A stretch of DNA of 64,000 bases from Cyanophora paradoxa CCMP329. Lineage: Eukaryota > Plantae > Glaucophyta. Each line of letters opens with the position of its first letter. Within the stretch, counting starts at the first letter, position 1. The stretch covers positions 1-64,000 of the forward strand of contig QPMI01000088.1 in assembly GCA_004431415.1 (NCBI GenBank). Reading direction: 5' to 3'. Below the pieces are notes generated by a model. It ran no database searches, was not told where the DNA came from, and saw only the letters and a program-made list of their open reading frames with translations. Below, piece by piece: positions 24,940 through 36,539 of the stretch. A program made the translations under genes and the position numbers.

Positions 24940-27200
24940 CCGGTTGCGGCCAGTTGCAAGCGCTTTCCCGATGAGCAAGGCTGCCTTCACGACGTTGACA
25001 CGTGCTCCGGCCGCAGTACCACGGCCGCTGACGTCAGATTGCAGTGGTGCAAGCTTGTGCATATGCATGTGTCATGATCAGCAGTACACATATCGAAACA
25101 AGAAAGCGAGACGCACAGCGACTCGCTGCCTTGATATCGTCTGAATGTCTTCCGCAAGTGCAGCAGTTTCACTGCAGGCCGGAACGAGTGTGTTTTCCTT
25201 ATCCTGATCCACGAAAATCTGCGCGACACGGCACTGCATTATATTAATTAACGCTATAGATCGTACGAATCGCAAGAAGCACCGACAGGGTCTTATATAT
25301 ATAGCTAGGCGGGGGGGGGGGGGGGGGGGGGGGGGTCGCGGCGATTCGCGATCGCCGGCGAACGACAAACCGTCGTTTTTGGAACAGGACGGAGCCGGCG
25401 CTGGCCGCCGCGGCTCGGATTGATGGGGGCGGCGGCAGCTGCAGGTCCCTCTTGAACTGAAGTAGAGTGCCTGAGCCCTCCAGCGGTCGAGTTGGAATTT
25501 TGAGCGCAAATGCAGTTCTGCAAATTTCGATAGATCGGTGTGAGCAAGATCTAGATGCATATGATTGAGGGCACGTGTAAATCGCGTAGGCAATAACCTC
25601 TTCGTTTTCGGGAGAACTCTGGATTGCGAAGAACAGCTTGAAAAACTCAGAATCCTTTGTCGCCTGCCGTTACCGGTGTGCCAAGTTAAGGGCCCGCAAT
25701 GGGGTTTATTTCAACGTTGCGACTCACGTACCTTCCACTTCGACGCCATGAAATAGATCATTCGTACGGAATCAAAAATTTCTCCGTGCAACGTAGATAG
25801 GAGCACCTATTTGGATTAAGCAAGGGCTCGAGGCAACGAAAGCAACGTGGTGGCGGACCTCTCTGGCTTCCTCCAGCTCCCGTGGGATGGGGAAAATCGC
25901 TCGCAATCGAAGCTCGAGCTCGCTCGAGAGCTCGGGGCAAAAGTTTGCCATTATCTGCTTGAACTTGCCATCGATGCGATTCGTTTTGATTCGAGCACGC
26001 GTACGTGCAGAACACTCCAGACCAGAGACGTCTACTGTCCCGTGATTGACATCACAGTCGAAAGCATTTTGTTTGCGATCGACAGGCAGGAAGAGGGCCG
26101 TAGACACGGCTTCATACTTCGAAATTTCCTGTACACAGCAAATCGACAGATTAATCTTAGTGCATTTCTCCTTTAATTAATAATATAACTTGAAATTACG
26201 GACCGCGCTGACTCGAACCTTGCACTCGTGCATCTGCACGTACGCGTGAGCGAGAAATGCTGGCGCAGTAGTTTCGTTTCTTACGCGTGTGTGCACCTGA
26301 ATCCTCTTTTCTCCTGGAGATATCGAGCTCGAATTCGAAGCTTCAAGATCTGGAGAATTCGGTTCCACGACAAGCAATCTGATAATGAGAGAATCCGGAT
26401 CCGGAAAGAGAAGCATTATACAAATAATTCCATATTGTATATATAGACAGAAAACGAACCCGCCGCGGAAATTCTCAAAGATGCAGCGTTGCATATGAAC
26501 GTTGGCGGCGCGCCCGAGTTCGGCGACGATGACAGATGCAAAACGGATTTCAACACTGCGGTGATGCTGTATGCGAACAGCGGCGATGCAGTCGGACATC
26601 TTCAGCTGAGCGCCATTGCTGTCAAAGTACACACTGTGAAGCGGTTTGCTTGGCTTTGAGCTGAAATCGGGTTCTTTCCCCTCGTGATCAAAACATCGGG
26701 GGATCCCGATATTGAATACCGAATTATGAATATCGAGAATAGATCCTGGCCCTAAGAGAGAGGCTCTGATGCCCACATCCGCGTCAAATTGAATGCCATT
26801 GACGCAGACGTGCAACTTGCAGTCGGGGCCTGACGAGATGCGAAGCAAAGGCACGGAGCCGAGTACAGGATTCGCATGCGTTGAAAGCCGAGGGCAAAGC
26901 CAGAATACAGGTTGACGACGATGGATGGCATCAGAAGGAGAAGGCGAAGATGACGAAGAAGCGACAGGAAGGGGTGCAGAGTTGTGATAGGAAGAAGAAG
27001 AGATAATTGAGAGCATGCGGCAAGATGGGCCAGCGCAGATCACGTATTCATTGGGAAAGCTCCACAAGTGCTCCTCGTAAAACTCGAACCGCGATCCATC
27101 GGAAAGCACGAACTTGCAGGCGTCAACGTTGCAATCCATCGTGAAGGCATTAAAAAGCTGAATGAGCTGAAGACCGGTAGACTTATTGCTTGTCGCCCCG
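24940..27200 (-). CDS. Cluster of AT-richer exons of unknown function (upstream part of the Ulp1-like gene or a separate gene)
   Basis: The 320-codon ORF 26177-27139 has globular-looking sequence. Further GT/AG-bounded pieces include CRVAQIFVDQDKENTLV and IMANFCPELSSELELRLRAIFPIP. Confidence 0.45.
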
Positions 27201-27745
27201 TCCTGGGAATCGGATATCTGACATCACGTTCATCAGGTATACAAATATATATAATATATAATACGAAAAACGCCACAAATAACACTAGCAATAACATGCA
27301 GCCTCGCCCAACTCACCGAGATCATGATCACACGTTCGCCATCATTCAGCCGCACTTCATGTTTCAAAAGCGGGAAAGTCTTCGACAGAAGCTCTGGCGA
27401 TGGCTGAATATGTGCCTGCTGCGGCTAGCGACGGCATTATGTTAGAGCATTAGAGCAGGATATCGATTTTCGCACCTGCGGCAGCTCGCAATCGCCGATG
27501 AGACCCCCGTGCAGTCCCTGCGAGCAGCAATCATGATCATTGTCAGCCCTGGCAGAGCGATCTGAATCCGATCTCGATCGTGTACATGTGGGCAAGGCAC
27601 GATATCGATCGCGATCTCGTTTTGCGTACCTGCAGCGGCGCCGGCTGATCATGATCATGGCTGCCCGACGTCGACCAACCCCCATATGCATGCGATTGCA
27701 ACCCCTGCATGCGCAGCTGTAAAAAAGAAGCAATCAGATCTAGTC

Positions 27746-27809
27746 AGTTGACCTATATATAAGCTAGCTAGGCCTTGCAAGGCCTAGCTAGCTTATATAT
27801 AGGTCAACT
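27746..27809. repeat. Perfect 64-bp spacerless palindrome
   Basis: AGTTGACCTATATATAAGCTAGCTAGGCCTTG|CAAGGCCTAGCTAGCTTATATATAGGTCAACT; the 32-bp arms are exact reverse complements. Confidence 0.97.
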
Positions 27810-29399
27810 TAAGCTTCGAATTCAATATTATAATTATAATATTATAAGATGCAGATATATAGGTTGACTTCGAAGAGGTTGACTTATATACAATGCAGAC
27901 CGGGCAGGATTCGCTTCGATTCGCGTACCTGTGACGTCGACAGCGCCGGCACCGACTGGCCATACGCGTCCGACAAACCCGCACACATATGCATGTACAG
28001 TCCCTGATATCGACGTAGAGAGAAGTAATCAGAAAGTTAACGGTTTGAACTCGAATATAGGCTCGCGATCGGCTATAGCTATAGCTAGCGCTCTGAATTT
28101 TGGGGGATCCCGCCCGGAGTTTCAAACACGTATACGTACCTGCGGTGGATGGCCGTGGCCGTATGCATACGGTCCCTGCGAGATCTGGAGGAGAGAACAG
28201 CGGCTTCAACTCGAATGCATATGGTAACGTTGACGTTGGTAGGGGATGATCTGTAGCGGCTTCAATTTTTGCTTACCTGCAGCTGCGCATGCGCGTGCTG
28301 CCCGCCCGGGAACCCAAACGGCCCCTGCCGCTGCGAGAGTCAATATTGATCATGTCTAGAATTTGATAGATATGTAGCTATATAGCTATAGGTGCACGTG
28401 GGGTTTTTAATTCAATTTGTGTACCTGAAGCAGCGGGCCATTAGTACTTGGCCAGCCTTCATGCAGTGTCTGTAAACAGCAATCACAATTCGGAATCAAA
28501 TTAAAGGCAGTTGCAAGGTACATGTAGAGTTTTGTTTTGCGTATACGTACCTGCAGCTGCACATATGCATGCTGGCCGTATTCGCCCGGGCCTCCATATA
28601 TATATGTATACGGTCCCTACGCGAGGCATTTAACACGGCCTGAGCTCGTGCACGTGCAGGCAAGCATGAGGCACAAATTGTTTCGCGAACCTGCAGCTGG
28701 CCGGTCCAACCCCCATGCAAATGTATTCCCTGAATCGAAATCAATTGCAAAGGGTATACGAACAAATAAAAGGGAATAAGATTCAATTCAATTGATTCAA
28801 TTGTCGTTCTTTGTACCTGTGAAGACTGGACATATGCATGCGGAGCACCGGTATGCGTATGCGCATGCAGTTCTTGGTAGATCTACAGCGAGATTCTATC
28901 AGAACGGCTTGAACTCGCGCATATGGAGAGGGTTCGAGCTCGAGGACCTGCTGCGGGGGGTGGTGCACTTGGTAACCCGCGTGGTAGGGTCTATGCGAGA
29001 TATGGATCTGCGCGAATGAAATAGAATTACGAATTTAAAAGAAACCCGAAGAGGATCGATATTTCAATTGCAAGTGCGAGAGGTTTCTAAATTTAAATTC
29101 GATTCGAATTCCGTGCATACCATTTGATCATGATCATAATCACCAGTGCACGTAACCGCAGAAGAATATTGATGATGCATCAAGACAACCTTGTGATTTG
29201 AACCGCGTGATAAATCCGGATCGCCGTGCACGTGCTTAGTAGAAACGAAACCACACTTTCGCGGCTTCTGTGCATACATATGCATATGCATGCGCATTTG
29301 CGAAATCACAATCAGAGCGAATCAAATCTTCGCCGAATGCATATGTCGAAGCGGAATTAAATTTGAAGGCACAATTGATGGTCCTGAACCTATAGCTAT

Positions 29400-31160
29400 T
29401 TAAGCCCCGGAAGAGCGGGAGGCATTTGAAGTCGCGCGGTTATTTGTTTTTGAATAGCTAGCCGCAGAACACGCATATGCATATGCGGGGCAGAACATGC
29501 ATAGAAAGCTTATAATAATTAAGTCGACGCAGCTGAGAGCTCTGACGCACCCGGCAGGTATATATAGACAACCTCCTTTCGATAGCGATGATCCTCTACA
29601 GGCGAAGGTGGCGCCACGGGAAGTGCCGCCCGGCCCGCGCGTGGCGTGCGCGCGCCGGCGGATAGCTATAGCGCCCCGAGTTCTCCAGAGGCGTGGCCTG
29701 ACTTGCGCAAGAGGTTTCGTCAGCGCGCGCGAGTCCTGGCGGCAGCGCTAGCTCCAGCTCATGATCACAATTAGATCTAATGTGGATCGAATTTAAAAAT
29801 CTGCGGACGCGGATCGAGTCGGGCCGATGAGCCTATATAGCAACAGCAGACGGGCGCGCTATAGCTAGATGAACATGTACAGTTCCAAGCGCTCACGATC
29901 TATAAGCTACAAGGTCCTATAAGCTGAAGTCGCGCGGTTACGGTTTGAATTCAAAAACTAATAACGTGGCGGATACGCACACCGAGCTTCCGTGACGATG
30001 TTTTAACTTGCGCACGAGACTGCGTCAGAGCGCCCGAGCCGTGGCAATGGCGCTAAAGCTCCAGATCTAACACTGGCCGAAGTCGCGCGGTTACTGTAAC
30101 CGCGGTTGCTCCAGGCCTGCACCGAAGAGAGCTCTGGCGCACCTGGCAGGTTTAGACAATCTACGTGCGATCGCGATGATCCTTCCCGGGCGCCGGTTGC
30201 GCCACAGGAAGTTCTGGAGCTGCTCGCGCGTGGCGGATCGCGCTCCGAGCTTCCGGCGGAGGCCCGGCGGTTCGACGATGCACTAATCTGCGCCGAGAAT
30301 GCGTCAGAGCGCGCGGGCCGTGGCGACGGCGCTGAGGCTGGCGCGCGCCAGCCGCAGCAGGCCAGCCGGCGAGCGGCGACGACGCCGGAACCAGTAGCAG
30401 AGGCGCTAGCGGCCTCCGATCGCAGCGAACGGCGATCTATGGACACGCGGAGCGCGCTCTCCGTGCTGCGGACGCGCACGAACCTTGTTGCAGTTGACCA
30501 AGCGACTGTACCCCTCTGCTTGAGGGAGCCGCTTCTCAGCCGATCCTGATCCGCTGCCGCCGCTGCCGACTCGCTGCTCAGAGGCTGCTCGTCTGCTGCT
30601 CTCGATCTCCTCAAAGTACCAGCGCGTGCCGCTGACAACCCGGGTGGCTTCTAGCTGCTCTACCCGGCTGCTTTCGTCTTCTCCGAGGTCATGCTGCCGG
30701 CTGCTCGCTGTACGCTGCCAGGCGTGTGCTGCTGCAAACGCTGCAGTCGAAGAACTGCAGCTGGCGCCTTGTCATCCGTCGGCGGTACGATCGATCCGTG
30801 CTGCGGAGACCGCCTTCTGATGATCCGTTCGCTTGCTCGGCAGGCGGGCCGAGCGGAATGGTTCTCCCGAGCCGCGCGGCCCCGCTGCAGCTGCAGCTGG
30901 CGACCGCGGCCGCGAGACATCCCTCGAAGCTGCATCCATCGCTTCGAGTATTGGGGCGGTCTGCAGTCCGAAGGCTTTCTACAGACCTTCATGCTCGACG
31001 AGCTGTGCGAAGCTGAGATGTGTGCACGTGAGCAGAATGCCTCCACCAAGGGCGCCGGCTGTTCATGTTCGCGCGCGGGACGCATCCGAAGATGCCTCCA
31101 TCGCTGCGGCCGACTCCATCGCTCCATCGCTTTTTCCGAAATCGCTGAAGTAGACCTCTA
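29400..31160 (-). pseudogene. Degraded, partly duplicated, coding-like sequence
   Basis: GAAGTCGCGCGGTTA occurs at 29428, 29926 and 30079, and 29553-29625 resembles 30145-30215. Exon-like minus-strand frames contain stops. No recognisable domain. Confidence 0.3.
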
Positions 31161-34100
31161 GATCTGTACGTACCCCAGCTGCTGCACTGCGCGGTCGTAT
31201 ACGCACGCGGCTGCTGCTGACCCGCCGCAATGCAGCATCGATATCGCAGCACGCTCGCTCCCGTGAGCGCCATCGTGCAGACTCGTGGGGGCGCGCGGCC
31301 CGGCCGCGGCCCTTCGTGCCCGCATGCGGGAAGGACGCCTCGGAGCACGGGAAGGACCGTTACCTCGAGGTCCGACACCTTGAGGCGCGCCGCGCAGCCC
31401 ACGCTCAGCCCGGCTCCGCGGCCGCGCGTCGCAGACCGCCGGCGTCCTCCCGGGGAGCCCATAACTCAGTGATCATGAGCCGCCTAGGCCTCTACTCGCT
31501 AGCAAGGCTCTGTAATTATATATGAGCTGAACAGGGACACTGTGGCACGGCAGTTGCACTGCCCCTGTTGGAGGGGAAGGATCTCTAACTAGAGGACGAA
31601 ATCTAGATTTAATTAATATAATTATAATTTTGAGAAGAGAAGCAGGCGAGCCGCGCCGCCGCCCGCCGCGCCTTCGGATCCGCAGAACCGCGCCGCTGCC
31701 CGCCGCGCCTCCACCCCCCGCCGGGCGGGCCGCGCCGCCGCCCGCCGCGCCTCCGCCGCGCCGCCGGCCGCCGCGCCTCGGCCCGGCCAGCGAGCTGCGC
31801 GACGGCCCAGAGGGTTCTCCAGGAAAGATTCCGGGCCCGCGCTCCTCGCAGGCAGCGGCGCCGGGCGCCGCGCTCGGCGTGTGGATGGCCCATGCCAAGA
31901 CACGCAAAGGAAGCCGCCCGGAGCCGCCTGTCGCCGCCGCCGTGCCGAGAAAAGAGGACCTGACGGAAGGTCACTAAGAAATCATGTACCCCCCGGTGCG
32001 GGTACGCACCGCTTGCCCGTACCCGGCGCCGTCGGGCCGCGCAAGTTCGGCGGTCCGGCACGCCTCCGGTGGCCCGGGACGGGTCGGGAAGTCCGTCCTA
32101 GGGGATAGTGTCAGAATGATGTCAGAATAAGGTCAGGCGAGGGGTGATCAGAACGGGGCGATCTAAAAGCACGTCGCAGCGCGCATTGAGGAGACATTCG
32201 AGATTATGCATAAAGCTTAAGAGCGACGCCGCGGCCTGGCGAGCGCGCACCAAAAAAGCGCGGAGCTTTGCTGTAGCTTCGCGTTGGGAGCTCGCCTGCA
32301 AAATCTGGACAAGCATAGCTCGGGATTAGATGCAGAACAGTGCTAGGGGAAAGAGAGCGCGACCGTGCCAGCGATTCCCGTGGCCCGGCGGCCGCGGCCG
32401 GGCAACGCTCCCAGGAAGTCGCCTCTAAAAGTGAGCTGCCGGGCCCGATACTAGGATCATTTAACTCGTATTGAAGCCCTTTATAAGCCTGCGTGGTCGG
32501 CCGAAAGTCGGGTCTCCCTCTCCTAAGGTCCCCGCGGACCTGGGCGAGCTCGGCCCGGCGGCGACGTCCGACGGTCGAGGTCGTACTGGCAAGGAAGCCG
32601 CCGGCGAGGGGGGAATGCGCGGCGGAGGGCCCGCTCCCACGCGACCGCTTCGCGAGCATCTGAGGCGAGGATCACTGCAATGCGCAGCGATTGGGGCGGG
32701 AGCGCACGGGTGCGGCCGCGCGGCCATGAAACTGCGGCGGGGGTCGGCGCTCGGGCGCGGCGCGGCAGCGGGCGCGGCTCGCCTGCAACAGGATCGACCG
32801 GAGAGATGTTGCAGAGCGTTGCGCGTGCGCGCTGCCGCCGGTCGCTCTCGAAGGTGCAAGGAATCCGCACGCCGCCGGCCGGCCTGCGCGGAATCGCGTC
32901 AGGTCGGGCTGAAAGCACGCGAGCTGGCGCTCTTACCGGGAGCTGCGCCGAACCTGGGCCGAACCCTGGGCAGCCCTGTGATGTAAAGCGGGGAGCTGCG
33001 CCGAACCTGGGCCCGCATGAGCCACTTCTCCCGAAGTCGGCGCAGTGGGAGAGCGCAACGGGAGGTCGCGGGGACCGATCCAGCGCACCAAGCATTCCAC
33101 GCAGCTCTCGGTACGCTGCTAAGCGCAAGCGGCCTGCTGCGCTGCCGCACTCATCTCGCACGTCACTTGCGGAGTATGCGGCGTCCGTGGCGCTCTCCGC
33201 TCTTCATAGCTAATATCTCCAGTGTATAGCCGCACTCGCCGCTTGTCTTACGTGCCTCTAGCTAGGAGCGAGGTCTTCGAGTTGGGGTACGGGGTTTGGC
33301 TGGGGTACACATGTCGCAATATCGGAGCCCACGCTGCCCGCATCTGCCTTGCAGCACTCGCGGGCGAGCGGAGCGTGTAGCAGCGACCTCTCCGTGCTGC
33401 TTGCACCTCGTACGCGTGCAGGTCGGCAGCGAGACCGGGCCGCGGGCGGATCCTGTCGAATCAGGTCCGCGGCCTGTCCTTCGCGAGATGCCGACTTCTC
33501 CGTACACTCTGTGCTTGCCGCCCAGCTTCAGGAAGCGGGCAGCTTCCTCCCGGAGCATCGAACGGCATTGTCCGCAGCCCGCCGCACTCTCGGTTTTACT
33601 CGTGCGCTCGGACGCCGCTCTGTCGCTCTGTGGGATAGTCTTACTTATCTTCTGTGACCGGCCTACGCTCTCGCTTCCGTTGTGACATGTGGCCGCACGG
33701 CTCGCACTTCACACTTTCTGCAGCTGCAGGCTGCAGCCCCGCGCGACTTCTCCTCGTAGCCGTCGATGAAGGTACGCACTCCTCCCTGCCGGACGCTCGC
33801 CGCCGCCCGATCCCCGCCGAGGCCCGCTCGCCTTTGCTGACTCGCGGCCCCAGATCTTTGCCTGCCTCGAGGCGTGCAGGCCCGCGCGACTTCGCCTTCG
33901 CCTCGCGCTCCTCGTTGCAGGTACGCGCTCGTGCTAGCCGCGCAGTCGCCTGCTCTCTCGCCTCGCCCCGCTTCCCGACCCGGCATATGCATGCCCCGCC
34001 CCGGCATATGCATGCCCCGCCCCGGCCTTAGCAGCCCCGCCCTGCTCCGCCCCGCTCCGCTTTGTACTTAGCGCCCCCGACTCGCAACGCTTAGTCCCGG

Positions 34101-34606
34101 CCTTAGCCGCGCCCCGCTCCGGTTTCATCGGCTCGCCCCGCCCCGCCCCGCCTCCGCCTTAAGTCCAGTTTAGCGCCTCCGCCGCCCCGCCCTTAGCGGC
34201 CCCACTCTGCCCCGTTTAGCCAGGCCCCGACCCGCCCCCGCCTCATATAATTAACGGCGCGGCAAGGGCGTCGCGGGCGGCGGCGCGGGCGGCGTCGCGG
34301 GCGGCGCGGTGCTAGCCGCTAGAGACGCTAGGGCGCTGCAGGCAGCATTGTAGTGCTTGTAGAATGCATTCATACGCACATCTTGATGTGGCTGTGCAGT
34401 GCCGAGGGCCCGGGGCATCTTCTTGCACATCTTGATGTGGCTGTGGCTTGAAAGGAAGCAGGCGGGGCTGCCCGGGCGCGGGGAGCCGGAGCCGGTGCCG
34501 GTGCCGGCACCGGCGGCCGCCCCGGCCCGCTGGCCAGCGCGGCACCCGTAACTCAGTGATCGGAGGACATCGCGGCTTATAATTACAAGTTATATAATAA
34601 AGCTTC

Positions 34607-34830
34607 TTTTTTTTTTTTGAGAGACTACGGTGGGGCGAACCCCCCGTAGGTAGTGATATTAAAGACAACAAAGCAATCACAAATCAAAGATACAGTAAAC
34701 TAGCACAAAATATATACAGAATCAAGAGGGATCACGAGAAGGGACACGATCAGAAGAACGCAAAAGATAAGGAGAACGAGCACGAGGAGAAGGAGTAGAA
34801 GAGCTCCACCACAGAGTTGTCTGTCCCGAA
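34607..34830 (-). mobile_element. Probable 5'-truncated non-LTR retroelement (LINE/SINE) 3' end
   Basis: On the minus strand, a pyrimidine-rich UTR-like tract is followed by the stem-loop CTACGG-GGG-TTCG-CCCCA-CCGTAG (34625-34648) and an A12 tail (T12 at 34607-34618). No clear target-site duplication. Confidence 0.5.
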
Positions 34831-35582
34831 TTACGTAATTATATAATATACACTGATTATTACAGACTTGTACGTACGTATACGTGAACGTTGAATGTCT
34901 GTTGCTCGCCGCGGCGCGGCTTCACCATGGCCACTAGTTGACGGGTTTTTAGTATGACGCGACATGTACAGAGGTTCACTGAGACCGTCGGACAGATTTT
35001 CGCCTCAACTTGGCAAAACTCTGTAGCGCCTAGTGACGGTCAGGCCTGTCCGACGGTCCTCGACGGCCGTGCGCCACGCAAGGGCCACTGGGCCACGGCC
35101 AATCTGATCGGCGCGCAGTACGAGCTCGACTCGGCGATGGGGCGTGCAGCGCGCGGGCGCCATCGATCGTCCCTCGCGATCGAGATCCTCCAAGTGAAGT
35201 GATCGCAGCTTAAGCTAAAGAATGCTTAAGGGGGGTTTTGGCGGCCCCTCGCGCCGCGAGTCGCGCGCAGCCGCACATCATATGCACGGCCCAGCTAGCG
35301 CTGCCCAGCCACTAGCGCTAGCTGCACTACACTAGCTACACCACAGGAGGTACTAGACTACGTACTAGCTTACACTGTTTACTGGCCGGGGCGCCTAGCT
35401 AGTCCGTTGCGCCCACCGGCCGGCAGCACGACACCAGGCAAAGCTTCTAGGTAAAGCCCAAGGCAATGCAGGACGATATATAAATGTTGTACTCGCTTCC
35501 GGCCGTCACGGCCGCCCCGGTGTCCTGCGCGAGGGTAAGAGCAGTCGGCGGGGGCCGTGGCGAAGGACTGGTCGCCGCAGAG

Positions 35583-35613
<31 letters not shown>

Positions 35614-35947
35614 GGAGGGGCAAGAGGGAAACGGGGTACCGGGGCCTCCTCAGCGGGTGCGGAAGCTGCAGCGGGGGTCGCGTCTTGCGCTGATCTGCGC
35701 GGGGCGCGGGCTGGGGGGGTGCCGCGACAAGGTGGGAGGGGGGGGAAGGGAGGGGGGGAGGTACCAGGGCTCAGCGGGGTAGCGGAAGCTGCAGCGGGGT
35801 AGCGGAGCGGAGCTCGGCGTCCTGCGGCTGTCCTGCGCTGGGCGCGGGCTGTTGGTGGGGGCCGCGACAAGGGGGGGCGGGGGCGTGGGGGGGGGTACCA
35901 GGGGCTCAGCGGGACGGTGGAAGCTGCAGCGGGGGCAGCAAGCAATC

Positions 35948-36516
35948 CGGCACGCGGCACACGCCGACGGGCCAGAGGCTTCTCTAGGTTGAGACTCTGA
36001 GATCTAATGCCAACCCGCACGTGGCGCACGCCGACGCGCCGGAGGCTTCTCTAGGTTGAGACTCTGAGATCTAATGCCAACCCGCACGTGGCGCACGCCG
36101 ACGCGCCGGAGGCTTCTCTAGGTTGAGACTCTGAGATCTAATGCCAACCGGCACGTGGCGCACGCCGACGCGCCGGAGGCTTCTAAACCTAGAGACTCTG
36201 AGATCTAATGCCAACCGGCACGTGGCGCACGCCGACGCGCCGGAGGCTTCTCTAGGTTGAGACTCTGAGATCTAATGCCAACCCGCACGTGGCGCACGCC
36301 GACGCGCCGGAGGCTTCTCTAGGTTGAGACTCTGAGATCTAATGCCAACCGGCACGTGGCGCACGCCGACGCGCCGGAGGCTTCTAAACCTAGAGACTCT
36401 GAGATCGAATGCCAACCGGCACGTGGCGCACGCCGACGCGCCGGAGGCTTCTCTAGGTTGAGACTCTGAGATCTAACGCCAACCGGCACGTGGCACGCGC
36501 CGACGCGCCAGAGGCT
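35948..36516 (+). repeat. 67-bp minisatellite, ~8.5 copies, with 201-bp (3-mer) higher-order periodicity
   Basis: GATCTAATGCCAACC (minor variants) at 36001, 36068, 36135, 36202, 36269, 36336, 36403 and 36470. Confidence 0.95.
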
Positions 36517-36539
36517 TTAGAACACGAAACCGCTGGGGG

